Notes under the pieces: model-generated
Seen by the model: only the letters and a program-made list of their open reading frames with translations
What the model was told of the DNA's origin: nothing
Database searches by the model: none
Part shown: piece after piece, positions 38,592 through 49,124 of the stretch
Layout of the letters: each line of letters opens with the position of its first letter
Numbering within the stretch: position 1 is the first letter of the stretch
Assembly: GCA_965219995.1 (NCBI GenBank)
Contig: CBDCOX010000002.1
Coordinates: 3,264,001 to 3,328,000, forward strand
Source of the DNA: Candidatus Latescibacterota bacterium
GTDB lineage: Bacteria; Latescibacterota; UBA2968; GCA-2709665
Length of the DNA: 64,000 nt
Reading direction: 5' to 3'
Made by a program: the position numbers and the translations under genes

Positions 38592-41309
38592 TCAAAACCC
38601 CGAAAACCTCGCCTTGCCGATTGAGGTGAGCGAGCGGTCCGATGTGTTCAGGAAGGCCGAAGTACGCAGGCGGTAACGAACGGTTCCGGGGATCTCGCGG
38701 TGCGGGAAAAACAGGTGGCGCATGCCTTCTCCTTCGACCGCAAATCCGGGGTCGGCTTCCAGCAGTACGTGCGTCGCGTTGCCTTCGCGCGCAACCCCTC
38801 GCACCCGGCACCCCCGGGTCGATCCGTCGCCGAACGTGACGATTGACGTCGCGCCGTCCAGCAGGTCGCCCTCGGGCAGATCGCCGGTGACGACGAGCGC
38901 GTCGTACGGCGCGCCGGCATCCGCCCTTAAAATACCCGTTACTTCCCCCTCATACGCGCCGGCGCCTTCGAGTACCACCTGATTCCACTTCAGCGCCGTT
39001 CCGCCCCAGAGTCCCATAGACTCGGGCTGTCCGTTCCGCACCCTCACGAAACCGACCTCCCCAGTGAGCGACAGATCTCCCCATTCGACGGTCTGCCCTC
39101 CCGAATCGCCTGAATACACGATATGGTCGACAACGCCGTGGTGCGACACGCGGAGGCCCACCGCGCCTCCATCCAGCGCTTCCAGATGTACGTCGTCTAT
39201 AAACGGCGAGCCATCGAACGGTTCGTGCACCGCGGCGAACCGGCTCGATAAAGGCGCGGGCCCCTTGCGGCGCAACATGAAGATGGGCATTCGAAACCGG
39301 TCCAGGAGCGCGTCGTTCTCCTCTGCCCGCCGAAACGATATGGCATCGCCCAGGAAGACTTCCGCATCCTCCTGTCCGGGAAGGTGCGTCCGCACGGCGG
39401 CAGGCGAACCGTCCACCGTAAAGGTGACGCTCAGCCTGTCTTCCGCCCGGCCGTTGGAGACGTTCTGGAAGTACGCGTAGGCAATATTCCGGCCCTCCGC
39501 GTCTCCCCGGTCCGACTCGCCGGTAGGCAAGCGCACGTCCACGTCCGGCAGCATGTTTTCGCCGTAGGCCGCAAGGGGAACGCTGACCGTCGCATCCCCG
39601 TCCGCATCCGCGTCCCCACGCAGGGCCCAGTCGTGCTGTGAACCCCCTGTTACGCGAAAAAGGTCCACCGCGTAACCATCCGATTCCCCGGCGCCCACCA
39701 GAAGCAGCGCGCGACGGTAGACCTGCGCCACACCGGGGTACGCCCCCTCCCCGCTCGCTTCCACCCACTTCACCGCATCGAAACCCGGTTCGAAGGCCAG
39801 CAGCCGTCCGTCCGAGGGCCCTTGTCTGCCACCTGAATACTGCCGCTGCTCATCGATCACCACCGTATTGTGACAAAGTGTGCTCGTGCTCCAGACCCGG
39901 TGCCGCGTGTGGGTGTACCCGACGTCCGGAAACAGTTCGCGGCCTTTGGCGAACAGAACCATGTTCAGATTGTCCGCGTGCTGGTGCCCGTAGCCGCCGG
40001 AGAAGTGAAGATGAAGCTGCACCTGTTCGTCACCCATGCCACGCCCCAGCCATGCGTGCCCGACTCCCGCCAGCAATGTTGAAACCGAGCGATCGGGTAC
40101 CTTGAGGTTTCTGAAGTGCGCCCAGTTGTCGTGCATGGTCATCTGCCGCCCGTCGGGATACCGGCAGATTTCCAGGATTCGCTCCGCCGAGGCGATCACA
40201 GGGATATCCCGTGAGAGTTCCAGGTTGTCCAGGCGGGTCCCGTTCTCCGGATGGACATAGCCCGGCGGGTCGCTATATCCCCGAACTGCACGAAATACCC
40301 TGTTCATTCCACCCATCGTCATCTGATGATAACCTACACTGCCCTCCATCCAGAACCCGTCTTCGTAGAACGTCCGTCTGAACAGTTCCCGGCTCCGCCT
40401 TACGCCTTCATGCACCAGCCCGGGATCCACCAGGACCCGGCCGATCACAATGTATCCTTCGTATATTCGCGGCCCCGCATTGCCATAAACGGGCTCGTGA
40501 AACCGGTCCTGTCGAATGGCGCCGCGGAAGAAATCGTTCTCGATACGCGCCTTAACGTCGTCTTCTGTTTCTTCCGAGAGCCGCTCGAGTTCGCCACTCT
40601 CGTAGATCGAATCGTACGCATAGACCAGGGGCGTGGGCATCTCGTCATGGCGCCATCGTCCCCATTTTCCGCCGCCGTTGGGATACGGCGGTTCCAGCGC
40701 GAACCCTTTGGGACGGTGCGGCCAGTCCCGGCTCACGAGGAAGCCGGGATAATACCGCGCGAATGCGTCCAGAATCAGCACCGCGCGGCGCGCGTACGCC
40801 TGATCGCCCGTCATCTGGTACAGGTCGCCGAGCCGATGGGCGACCGTCGAAAAGTACGAACGCGCCTCCCGCCAGGCCCTGGCCGAAAAGAGATATCTGT
40901 ATCCGGTCGCGTCTTCCCAGTAGGGGTATTCCACCTCCACGCCCACGGGATTGACGACCTTCATCACCCGGTCCTCAGGGTAATGTTCGTTCGGAAACAC
41001 CATCTCGCAGAACCGGCACGTCACGCGATGCGGATCGGAGATCGTCCATCGCAACTGCCCCTCCTGCGTCCCCTCGTCGCAATTCGGACAGCCCATGAAC
41101 CGGAAGCCGGTTTTGTCCGGGACCAGAGCCACCATCTCCGCTTCGGACATCGCCATCACCCTGGATACCGATCGCTTCAACGCGTTCATGCGTTTCGCCG
41201 ACACCTCGACCGGATAGATCGGGCGGGCCGTTTCCGCCAGGACCGATCTCGACCAGCCCAGAACAATCATGCAGACGACCGCCAACACCAAGAGGCCCAT
41301 CCATTCCAT
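38592..41309 (-). CDS. Heparinase II/III-family (polysaccharide lyase-like) secreted protein
   Basis: Signal-like N-terminus; DGFWMEGSVGYH; GHQHADNL; PDVGY; STLCHNTVVID; N-terminal CPNC..CRFC. Confidence 0.8.
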   Translation of the reverse strand: MEWMGLLVLAVVCMIVLGWSRSVLAETARPIYPVEVSAKRMNALKRSVSRVMAMSEAEMVALVPDKTGFRFMGCPNCDEGTQEGQLRWTISDPHRVTCRFCEMVFPNEHYPEDRVMKVVNPVGVEVEYPYWEDATGYRYLFSARAWREARSYFSTVAHRLGDLYQMTGDQAYARRAVLILDAFARYYPGFLVSRDWPHRPKGFALEPPYPNGGGKWGRWRHDEMPTPLVYAYDSIYESGELERLSEETEDDVKARIENDFFRGAIRQDRFHEPVYGNAGPRIYEGYIVIGRVLVDPGLVHEGVRRSRELFRRTFYEDGFWMEGSVGYHQMTMGGMNRVFRAVRGYSDPPGYVHPENGTRLDNLELSRDIPVIASAERILEICRYPDGRQMTMHDNWAHFRNLKVPDRSVSTLLAGVGHAWLGRGMGDEQVQLHLHFSGGYGHQHADNLNMVLFAKGRELFPDVGYTHTRHRVWSTSTLCHNTVVIDEQRQYSGGRQGPSDGRLLAFEPGFDAVKWVEASGEGAYPGVAQVYRRALLLVGAGESDGYAVDLFRVTGGSQHDWALRGDADADGDATVSVPLAAYGENMLPDVDVRLPTGESDRGDAEGRNIAYAYFQNVSNGRAEDRLSVTFTVDGSPAAVRTHLPGQEDAEVFLGDAISFRRAEENDALLDRFRMPIFMLRRKGPAPLSSRFAAVHEPFDGSPFIDDVHLEALDGGAVGLRVSHHGVVDHIVYSGDSGGQTVEWGDLSLTGEVGFVRVRNGQPESMGLWGGTALKWNQVVLEGAGAYEGEVTGILRADAGAPYDALVVTGDLPEGDLLDGATSIVTFGDGSTRGCRVRGVAREGNATHVLLEADPGFAVEGEGMRHLFFPHREIPGTVRYRLRTSAFLNTSDRSLTSIGKARFSGF

Positions 41310-41411
41310 TCCACGCCGTCCTTTCTTTTCTGCGTACTGTCCGGGCCGGCAGCACGGATAACAGGTGTTCGGGTACATGGGTAACACTCTCTGAAGTGGA
41401 AGCGTTCTCCA

Positions 41412-42392
41412 CTATTGTGCGTCGTCCTTACGTACCAGCTTCCAGACGTCCGGAAACATGTTGTTGCCCGCGACCATCCAGAGCGCGTCGTTGTAGACGA
41501 ATACACTGGCTGCATGGCGGGGGGCCCACGGCGTATCCGGCAATTCGGACCAGTCCACACCATCAGAGCTGTACCACACGTCGTTCCGGTTCCAGCTTCC
41601 CGTCGCTTCGTCCATCGAACGATGGGCCGCCGCGTGAAAACACCCCTCCATCACCCACATCTTTTCGTCCCACACGCCAACGTCGTGATACTGGCGAGGG
41701 ACCCACGGCGCCGACCGCGTATGCAGTTCCCAATTGACGCCGTCGGCTGTACTCCAGACGTCGCCGAACATCTTCCGGCTGTTGATCCGCGGCGTATCGT
41801 ACGTGCCGCCGCCCAGAATCCAGATCCGGTCCTGAAAAACGGCGCTGCCGCCAATCATCCCCCGCGCTTCCCACGGCGCGTTTTCCAACACCCGGTTCCA
41901 GGTCCGCCCGTCGGCCGAATGCCATACGTCGTTGAAGAAGACCTCGTCTTCGTCCGCGAACTGCGGGATGGTCTGCCCGCCCATCACCCAGATTCTGCCG
42001 TCGTGAACCGCCGTATAGTGCAATACCCTCGGGCCCCAGGGGACCGGGTCGCACACCAGTTCCCAGTCCACGCCGTCGGAACTTCGCCACACGTCGTTCT
42101 GATAGTGTCCCTGGTTGCAGTCTCCGCCCACGATCCACATCCGACCGTCGTGGACCGCGTATCCAGCGGTGTGGCGGCCTTCCCAGGGCGCCTCCTCGCT
42201 CACCTCGATCCAGGTTAACCCATCGTCGGAACTCCATACCTCGCTGTTACAGATGATAGGAAAATTGACTTTGTCCCGCGGATTCCAGCCGCCCAGCAGC
42301 CACATTTTGTCCTGAAACACCAGCGCCCCGGCGCCATCGCGGCCCGCGAACGCGGCTTCTTCCGTTACGCAAACCCATTCATATTTGGACAT
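41412..42392 (-). CDS. Kelch/galactose-oxidase-like beta-propeller repeat protein
   Basis: Repeats of (M/I)W(L/I/V)xGG...NDVWxSxDGxxW...APWxxR. Confidence 0.85.
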   Translation of the reverse strand: MSKYEWVCVTEEAAFAGRDGAGALVFQDKMWLLGGWNPRDKVNFPIICNSEVWSSDDGLTWIEVSEEAPWEGRHTAGYAVHDGRMWIVGGDCNQGHYQNDVWRSSDGVDWELVCDPVPWGPRVLHYTAVHDGRIWVMGGQTIPQFADEDEVFFNDVWHSADGRTWNRVLENAPWEARGMIGGSAVFQDRIWILGGGTYDTPRINSRKMFGDVWSTADGVNWELHTRSAPWVPRQYHDVGVWDEKMWVMEGCFHAAAHRSMDEATGSWNRNDVWYSSDGVDWSELPDTPWAPRHAASVFVYNDALWMVAGNNMFPDVWKLVRKDDAQ

Positions 42393-42698
42393 AAAAACCT
42401 CCTGGTGTCACCATTCAAAACCGCAAACGATACGTCTCGTGATTTATCAAAAAAAGAAAAAAGCCGCGCCACGGAAAATGCCTCGGGCGGGGCTATTTCT
42501 TGGACGTGACAGGTAGAATCCTACCCCCGTCTTGGGGGAAGCAAATCGGGCGGTTCGCGAACCGCCCCTACAAGATCCGCGAATTCGCGAATTGATATTG
42601 CCAGGCCATGACGATATCCTATACCCGCGGTAACATAATCTCCCCTCTTCCGTCTCCCGTCTCCCCGGGGAAGGGGGCCGGGGGGTGAGGGCCTCTTT

Positions 42699-43760
42699 CT
42701 ACCACCCCTGCCGCCCTACGTACAGGCCCCGGTTCTTCATGGGCAGCCGGACGCGGACGCCGCCGAGTCGATGTGACTCGATAAAGCCCATGATCATCTC
42801 CTGGCTGCGCCGCGCCAACTGTATCGGCCCACTGGTCTCGCGATTGTCATCCAGCGCCTCGGCGATATCCCTGAGTCCGTTCACCGTACCACTTTCCCTC
42901 GGCACCTCGGGAAACGGCCGCTCTTTCAGCGCACGCGGCGCGCCGGAGGCCTGCCGGAACTGGCAGATCATCCCGTTGTCGAACGTCCTCAGCTTTCCGC
43001 CGGAGCCGCAAAGCTCGAATTCCGCTCCGCTGCCGGCCGTTACATAACCGAGGACGCCGTTGTGAAACCGCACGAACCCGGCTGCCACGCCCGGGTCCAC
43101 GTTCAGCCGGTTGTCGTCCCAGTCCCCATCCTCACACACAATGGTTCCCTGAACGAAATCGATCTCCGGATCGCCCGCGAGATACAACATCATATCCGAT
43201 CCGTGGGTGAGCCCCCACAACGCGGCGGTCACCCCCTGCTGCACGATCACGGCCTGGACCGACCCCAGTTCGCCCGCATCGGCCAGTTCCCGCATTTTCT
43301 GATAAATCGGAATATACCGGCGCTGGGTGCCGTAATTGAACTTCGTTCCGTTCCGCTCTACCGCCGCCACCATCGCGTCGGCTTCCTCCATCGAGCAGCA
43401 AAGCGGCTTTTCGCAATAGATCCCCTTAACGCCCTGGTCGGCCGCGAATACGGTCATCTCCGCGTGGGTTGCGGGGCGCGTGGCGATACACACGACATCC
43501 GGTTTCTCTTTGTCGATCATCTCCCGGTAGTCGGTGTAACAGACCGGAACGTTGTACCGGTCCCGAATCGATTCCGCCTTCTCGCCCACCACGTCCGAGA
43601 CCGCGATCAGTTCCGTCCGCTCGCAGGCCACGGCGGCCGCGGCGTGCGAGTACGGAATCCAGAGGTTGCTGTCGGGATGGTCGCGCACCTCATCGTCAAT
43701 GGTCGCCCCCATCCGTCCGCATCCGATCAACGCCGTACGATAACGATCCGCCATTTTCAT
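42699..43760 (-). CDS. Gfo/Idh/MocA oxidoreductase
   Basis: ALIGCGRMG, PDVVCIAT, YCEKP. Confidence 0.9.
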   Translation of the reverse strand: MKMADRYRTALIGCGRMGATIDDEVRDHPDSNLWIPYSHAAAAVACERTELIAVSDVVGEKAESIRDRYNVPVCYTDYREMIDKEKPDVVCIATRPATHAEMTVFAADQGVKGIYCEKPLCCSMEEADAMVAAVERNGTKFNYGTQRRYIPIYQKMRELADAGELGSVQAVIVQQGVTAALWGLTHGSDMMLYLAGDPEIDFVQGTIVCEDGDWDDNRLNVDPGVAAGFVRFHNGVLGYVTAGSGAEFELCGSGGKLRTFDNGMICQFRQASGAPRALKERPFPEVPRESGTVNGLRDIAEALDDNRETSGPIQLARRSQEMIMGFIESHRLGGVRVRLPMKNRGLYVGRQGW

Positions 43761-43833
43761 ACCCTCGTGTTAACCTTGATTCGTAAGTTTTCGTGGACGT
43801 AAATTTGAAACCTTTCCCGCCGGCCCCTCAGAA

Positions 43834-43964
43834 GCGGGTAGACGGGAGACGGTAGAGGGGAGAGATTTCCTGCCTTGTGGCGTTTCTTCTCCTGCCGGAG
43901 GCAAGAGGAAACAAAGGACCGGGCAAGGGTTTCTTCTACCGTCTTCCCTCTACCCTCTACCCGC
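43834..43964. repeat. 131-bp heptamer-armed hairpin element
   Basis: GCGGGTAGACGGGAGACGGTAGA...TGCCGGAGGCA...TCTACCCTCTACCCGC. Confidence 0.8.
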
Positions 43965-44023
43965 ATTCATGCTCTTGTAGCCAATTTGACTTTTGTCTTT
44001 TTTCGAATTGAGATCAATGAGCG

Positions 44024-45592
44024 TTATTCCACCGAATTAGACTGCATCTCAGCCCGCAGGGGGCCGAACATCCCGTGGCTCCATCGAAACTCCGCGTCCA
44101 ATGCCGCCTCCGCCCGCCCGGCGGGGACCGGCGCCGAACCCAGGAACCGCCCGTCCTGAGCGATGCTGATTCTGTCCTCTCCGATGGTAAACGCAAGGGT
44201 CGTCGGCTTTCCCGTCCAGGCAACCGGCACGGATACGCTGCCCGGTTTTCTCACCCGGTAGACCATGCGGTACTGGTTCCACACCTCGTCGTCGTGCAGG
44301 AACGAATGCCGCATGTCCCGCACGGGACACCCCTTGGCGCTCACCGACAGGAACATCGCGTCTCCATTCGGCGCCAGCCCGGTCACGCGTTGTCCCCAAT
44401 CGTTGATAACCAGGTCGGTACCATGTTCTTCGTTGTACGCGACCACCCGGTCTTCGTAGGGATGATTCATCGTATCCGTAATCGGCGGCTTCCGAAAGTT
44501 TCGCCTCACAAACTTCCACTCGTCTCCGTGCGCGTCGTACCGCCACAGTTCAGACCAGGGCCATACCCCCACGTATAGGTCCCCTCCGTAAATCGCGGTT
44601 GTCTGCGCCTCGCGCACGCTGCCGGACACGCCCGGCATCACCGGCGGCGAGCCTTCCAGGTGCCGAAGCTCCTTGCCGTCGTACTTGAACAGGTTTCCCG
44701 TGGGGTACTGTGCGATCAGCATCTCGTCGTACCAGTTCAACATCGAATACAGCTGAAAACTCACGCCCGCCAGCGACGCGCGCACGATCTTCCAACCGGA
44801 TCCGTCGAAAACGTAAACACCCCCCATATTGGACGAGTTCACGATCTCATCTCCGAGTTGTCCGATGGAAAACGGCGTCTCCTGCGGATATTTCAGGTCG
44901 AGCGTCACCGCCTGATCCAGGTCGACCGGTCCATCTCCCGGCTTCCACGGGACCGCGTACAGCGTGGTGAACGGCGGGTCCGAATCGTGGTCCTTGTGGA
45001 AAAACGCAAGATAGCCCAGGGCGTAATAGAAGTGGTGGTAGTGTCCTGACGCGGGCTTTTCCACGACCTGCTCGCCGTCGTACCAGGCTTCGCCCCCTTT
45101 GAACTGGAATATCTTCCCGGCAACCCGCATTTTCCCGTCGCCGGCGACGGCTTCGCCCACGCCGAAGCTCTCGTCCACCTGCCACCCGCCGGCCTCGTCG
45201 TCCCACCATCGCGCGGTCCTGTCCTGGTGATAGCTGCACGAATACACGCGGCCATCCAGGTCGAACAGGTAGCTGCCGCCGTCCTCGGTGGAGGGCGGCA
45301 GGGTTTCGAATGTCTCCTCTGCCTCGTCGTCGCGGAGATAAAACTGCAGCGTGAACCGATCCATCCGAAACGCCGTATTATATACGCCCGCAAAACCCGC
45401 CCCCATCACCACCCGGCCCTCCGAGTCGCGGGCTTCGAAAAGGGAACCCCAATTCTGTCCGACGTCCTGACCGAAGTCAATCGTTGTTGTAATCTGCATC
45501 AGCGGTCTCTCCTCGGCATGCCCCGGCCTCGGCCAGAGCAACAATGTGACAAGGACCCAGTTCATGGCAAAGCGGTTTGAAACGGTCACCAT
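44024..45592 (-). CDS. Secreted hypothetical protein, probably a beta-propeller
   Basis: ATG overlaps the ADH stop (TGATG); signal-like WVLVTLLLW..GHA; motifs VYVFDGSGW, LFKYDG, LWRYD. Confidence 0.7.
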   Translation of the reverse strand: MVTVSNRFAMNWVLVTLLLWPRPGHAEERPLMQITTTIDFGQDVGQNWGSLFEARDSEGRVVMGAGFAGVYNTAFRMDRFTLQFYLRDDEAEETFETLPPSTEDGGSYLFDLDGRVYSCSYHQDRTARWWDDEAGGWQVDESFGVGEAVAGDGKMRVAGKIFQFKGGEAWYDGEQVVEKPASGHYHHFYYALGYLAFFHKDHDSDPPFTTLYAVPWKPGDGPVDLDQAVTLDLKYPQETPFSIGQLGDEIVNSSNMGGVYVFDGSGWKIVRASLAGVSFQLYSMLNWYDEMLIAQYPTGNLFKYDGKELRHLEGSPPVMPGVSGSVREAQTTAIYGGDLYVGVWPWSELWRYDAHGDEWKFVRRNFRKPPITDTMNHPYEDRVVAYNEEHGTDLVINDWGQRVTGLAPNGDAMFLSVSAKGCPVRDMRHSFLHDDEVWNQYRMVYRVRKPGSVSVPVAWTGKPTTLAFTIGEDRISIAQDGRFLGSAPVPAGRAEAALDAEFRWSHGMFGPLRAEMQSNSVE

Positions 45593-46554
45593 CAAAATGC
45601 CAGGACGACCTTTACCGCGCCGTCCGTCTCCGGATGCTCGAACGCCAGTTCGAACGCTTCCTGGATCTTTTCGAACGGCATCAGGTGCGTCAGAATCGGC
45701 CGCACGTCCAGCCGGCCCTGCGTGATCCAGTCCAGCGCAAGCGTATAGTCCAGGCCCGGATTCGGGCCGACCGACGTCACGATCTGCAGTTCCTTCCTGA
45801 ACATATTCATAAACGAAAGCGTCATCCGCCCCTCGGCATTCTCCTTGTTCGGTACTCCGAAGTATACCAGCGTGCCGTCCTGGCGAAGCAGGTCGCCGCA
45901 CAGGTTGAACGTGGACTCCCGGCCCACGGCCTCCACCGCAAGGTCCACCATCTCTCCGCCGGTAATCTCCGCAACCGCCTCCGCCAGGTCGCACGTTTCC
46001 GGATTGATGGTATGGGTCGCACCCATCCCGGGCGACACGTCCAGCCGATGGGGGAGCGGGTCCACGCCGATAATGGTCCTTGCGCCCAGGTTGCGCAACG
46101 TGGCATTGAACAGTTGTCCGACCGGACCCTGCCCCATCACCAGGGCCTTCCGGTTGATCACGTTGCCGAGCTTGTAAAAGCAGTGAATGACCGTACCCAA
46201 CAACTGGCTCATCAGCGCTACTTCCGGGTCGACGTCCCTGGGCAGCTTCACGCACGCCGTCGGATCGGCCAGCACGTATTCCTGGAAGAGGCCCCGGTCG
46301 AAGCCCCACAACAGCACCCGATCGCCGACGTTGAAGGCGTCCGTCGGGCACGCCTCGACGATCCCCAGCCCTTCGTGCCCCGTCTGCCCCAGCTCCATGG
46401 GATAGGACGTCCCTACCCCGCAAAACGCCGGCTTGTCCGTCCCGCATATCCCCACCCGCTCCAGTCGGACAAGCATCATCTCCCCGTTTGCTTCGGGCCG
46501 CTCCACCTCGGAAAGCTCCCACTGGCGGGGCGCCACCAATCTAGCCGCTCTCAT
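45592..46554 (-). CDS. Zinc-dependent alcohol/sugar dehydrogenase (MDR)
   Basis: GICGTD, GHEG, GDRV, GQGPVG, EAVG. Confidence 0.9.
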   Translation of the reverse strand: MRAARLVAPRQWELSEVERPEANGEMMLVRLERVGICGTDKPAFCGVGTSYPMELGQTGHEGLGIVEACPTDAFNVGDRVLLWGFDRGLFQEYVLADPTACVKLPRDVDPEVALMSQLLGTVIHCFYKLGNVINRKALVMGQGPVGQLFNATLRNLGARTIIGVDPLPHRLDVSPGMGATHTINPETCDLAEAVAEITGGEMVDLAVEAVGRESTFNLCGDLLRQDGTLVYFGVPNKENAEGRMTLSFMNMFRKELQIVTSVGPNPGLDYTLALDWITQGRLDVRPILTHLMPFEKIQEAFELAFEHPETDGAVKVVLAF

Positions 46555-46575
46555 CGATACACACCTCTCTCGAAA

Positions 46576-47832
46576 TCAGTCCCAAACCGGCCAATCCTGA
46601 TCCTGCAAGCGCCTCCACAATCCGTCGAACGCCTCGCTTCCGTCGTCCTCCCACTCGTCCAGGCGGACGCCGGGCGCAAAGGATTCGTCCACGCCCTCTT
46701 TCATCAGCCGCTCCGCCTGCTGCAGATTCCGATAGTAGTGTCTGATGCCGCCCGGAAACGTCACCACGGACAGGTGCCTGGGCCAATCCACCGCGGGCGT
46801 CTCCCGGTATTTCGCAACGGCATCCTCGTCCAGCGTGACGCCCAGCCCGGGCGCCTCCGGGACCCTCATGAAGCCGCGCTGAATCGGATGCGCGTCCACA
46901 ATCAGATCGTCTTCGTACGAGTGGCTGGCCGTCACGCCCGGCAACGTCGCTGTCGGCATGACAGCGCCAAGTTGAAGCGCGAACGCCGTTGTGATCCCCG
47001 TGCCCACGTACTGCAGCAGGATCGGCGTATTCGCCGCGGCGAACGTCCACCCCGCCGCCAGCGCATCCCGCACGCACTCGTGGCTGCACAGCGCGCCTTC
47101 GAAGTCGCCGGCGCGAAGTCCCGTCCACGGCCCGGAGGGCTGCCGGGACGCGGCCTCGGAAAGCACGCGCACACCGTGCAGATAGAAGGGGACGCGGATC
47201 TCCCGGTGCAGCCTGCGCCAGCCGTCGATATCGTACGCGAAGATCGGCTCCTCGACGCCCTTTACGACGGGGATCTTCTCCAGCGCCCTCAGCACCGGAA
47301 GCGCCTTCTCGACGCATATCAACGCGCCGTTGAAGTCGAACTCCACGCGGAAATCCGGCGGCGCCGCCTCCTGAATCGCCTGCGCGCATTCCACCACGTC
47401 GTAAAACGCGCGGGCCTTGCACTTCAGCCCCCGGAACCCGCGATCCGCCGCAACCCGGACCTCCGCCGCCGTATCCTCGGGCGACATGCTGGGCATCCAC
47501 CATCCCATGGCCACCCATTGACGCGCCTGCTGCCCCATCACCTTCCACGCGGGCAGTCCCAGGTGCTTGCCCATGAGGTCGTAACACGCCATATCCAGAT
47601 TGAACCGCCCGCGTCCCATGACGTGGTCGAAGGGATCCGTCCCGATATAAGCGTCCAGCGCCCCCCGATCCAGCGGCGGTCCGGGATTCTCACCCAGCCC
47701 CTCCAGTCCGGTATCCGTATGAAACCGGTATACCGTCACTTCCTCCGTCATCGCGAAGTGATGGTACGCCTTCCGGATTCGCGCTTCATAGGGAACCCTA
47801 AGGGGAATCACTTCGACGTCCGTGATCTTCAT
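46576..47832 (-). CDS. Mandelate racemase/muconate lactonising enzyme (enolase superfamily)
   Basis: DTGLEGLGE, MACYDLMGK.LGLP, KCK, DFNG, EEP, PEAPGLGVTLDE. Confidence 0.88.
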   Translation of the reverse strand: MKITDVEVIPLRVPYEARIRKAYHHFAMTEEVTVYRFHTDTGLEGLGENPGPPLDRGALDAYIGTDPFDHVMGRGRFNLDMACYDLMGKHLGLPAWKVMGQQARQWVAMGWWMPSMSPEDTAAEVRVAADRGFRGLKCKARAFYDVVECAQAIQEAAPPDFRVEFDFNGALICVEKALPVLRALEKIPVVKGVEEPIFAYDIDGWRRLHREIRVPFYLHGVRVLSEAASRQPSGPWTGLRAGDFEGALCSHECVRDALAAGWTFAAANTPILLQYVGTGITTAFALQLGAVMPTATLPGVTASHSYEDDLIVDAHPIQRGFMRVPEAPGLGVTLDEDAVAKYRETPAVDWPRHLSVVTFPGGIRHYYRNLQQAERLMKEGVDESFAPGVRLDEWEDDGSEAFDGLWRRLQDQDWPVWD

Positions 47833-47927
47833 CTCGATCTTCCTTGCCCAAACGGGGGGTTGGTCTACCGCTCGGATGCGTACGGTTACATCGCTTGAAT
47901 TCCGCCATATCCGATGGTATATATAAT

Positions 47928-48058
47928 GCGGGCAGAGGTAAGACGGAAGACAGGAGAGATTGCCTGCCTTGTGGGGTTTCTTCTCGTGCCAAAGGCAACA
48001 AGGAATAAAATATCGGGCAAGGGCTTCTTCTCACGTCTCCCCTCTCCCGTCTCCCCGC
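47928..48058. repeat. 131-bp heptamer-armed hairpin element
   Basis: GCGGGCAGAGGTAAGACGGAAGA...TGCCAAAGGCA...TCTCCCGTCTCCCCGC. Confidence 0.78.
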
Positions 48059-48112
48059 ATTTCTTCTACCCTCTCCCGTCTACCCTCTTACCGCCTCTCG
48101 AAAGGTGGTCCC

Positions 48113-49051
48113 ATGGCCCAGCGTCTTGTCTACTTCAACGGCAGCTACGTTTCCGAGCAGGACGCGCGGATCTCCATTTTCGATTCGGCCCTCATGTTCG
48201 GGGACATGGTATTTGAAATGACCCGGTCATTCAAGCAAAAACCCTACCGCTTGCGAGACCACCTGGACCGTCTCTATGCCTCGATGCAGTACGCCCGGAT
48301 CGACTGCGGGCTGAACATCGAACAGATGGAAGCCGCCACCGGCGAGACCATTGAACGGAATCTGCCCGCACTGGAAGGCCTGGACTACCAGATCATGCAC
48401 AACGTCACGCGGGGCGCCCTTCCCCTGTACGACACGCTTGTCCGGGAAGGCCTGCGTCCAATCGTCACCATCAACGTCATCCCGCTCGTGCGGCACATTG
48501 GCGGCGGGGCGCACACCTACGAAGAAGGGGCGCATTTCGTCGTCACGCCCCAGCAGTCCGTACCCGCGCGCTATATCGATCCCAAAGCGAAGAACCGCAG
48601 CCGGATCTACTATCAGCTCGCCCAACTGCAGGCGCAGCAGATGGAAAAGGGCGCCAACGCCCTGCTCACCGACGAACACGGCTTCATCACCGAAGGCACC
48701 GGAAGCAATGTGTTCATCGTCCGACACGGCGAAATCCGAACGCCGAAACCCCACGATATCCTGCGCGGCGTCTCAAGACAGGCCTGCATGGAGCTTGCAG
48801 AAGCGCTGAACATCCCCGTCAGGGAGGCCGATATCGGACCCTACGACGTGCGAGACGCCGATGAGGCGTGGTACACCGCGACCACGATATGCATGGTACC
48901 CATCACCCGCTTCGACTTCCAACCGGTCGGCTCGGGCCGTCCGGGACCCGTCTATCGACGGCTGATCGAAGCATGGTCCAATGAGGTCGGCCTGGACATC
49001 CCCGCCCAGGCCAGGGAATACGCCGAGCGGGCGAAGACCTGGACGCCCTGA
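48113..49051 (+). CDS. Aminotransferase class IV (BCAT/D-amino acid type)
   Basis: ISIFDSALMFGDMVFE, HLDRL, AKNRSR, ITEGTGSNVF, ILRGVSR, ADEAW. Confidence 0.9.
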   Translation: MAQRLVYFNGSYVSEQDARISIFDSALMFGDMVFEMTRSFKQKPYRLRDHLDRLYASMQYARIDCGLNIEQMEAATGETIERNLPALEGLDYQIMHNVTRGALPLYDTLVREGLRPIVTINVIPLVRHIGGGAHTYEEGAHFVVTPQQSVPARYIDPKAKNRSRIYYQLAQLQAQQMEKGANALLTDEHGFITEGTGSNVFIVRHGEIRTPKPHDILRGVSRQACMELAEALNIPVREADIGPYDVRDADEAWYTATTICMVPITRFDFQPVGSGRPGPVYRRLIEAWSNEVGLDIPAQAREYAERAKTWTP

Positions 49052-49124
49052 TCGCCGGCAGCAGAGCCGTACGGCGGCGATCTACCCCACCCATCGTCCA
49101 ACCCCATTACATGGAGCGACAATT

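Noticed and set aside
45593-46522. N-terminal extension of the 832-aa ORF, or a frameshift fusion with the dehydrogenase
   Set aside because: Gly/Arg-rich off-frame read of the ADH gene; a coupled ATG and signal peptide begin at 45592.
45577-47898. 773-aa plus-strand ORF
   Set aside because: Antisense to well-supported dehydrogenase and enolase genes; Arg/His/Pro-rich with no motifs.
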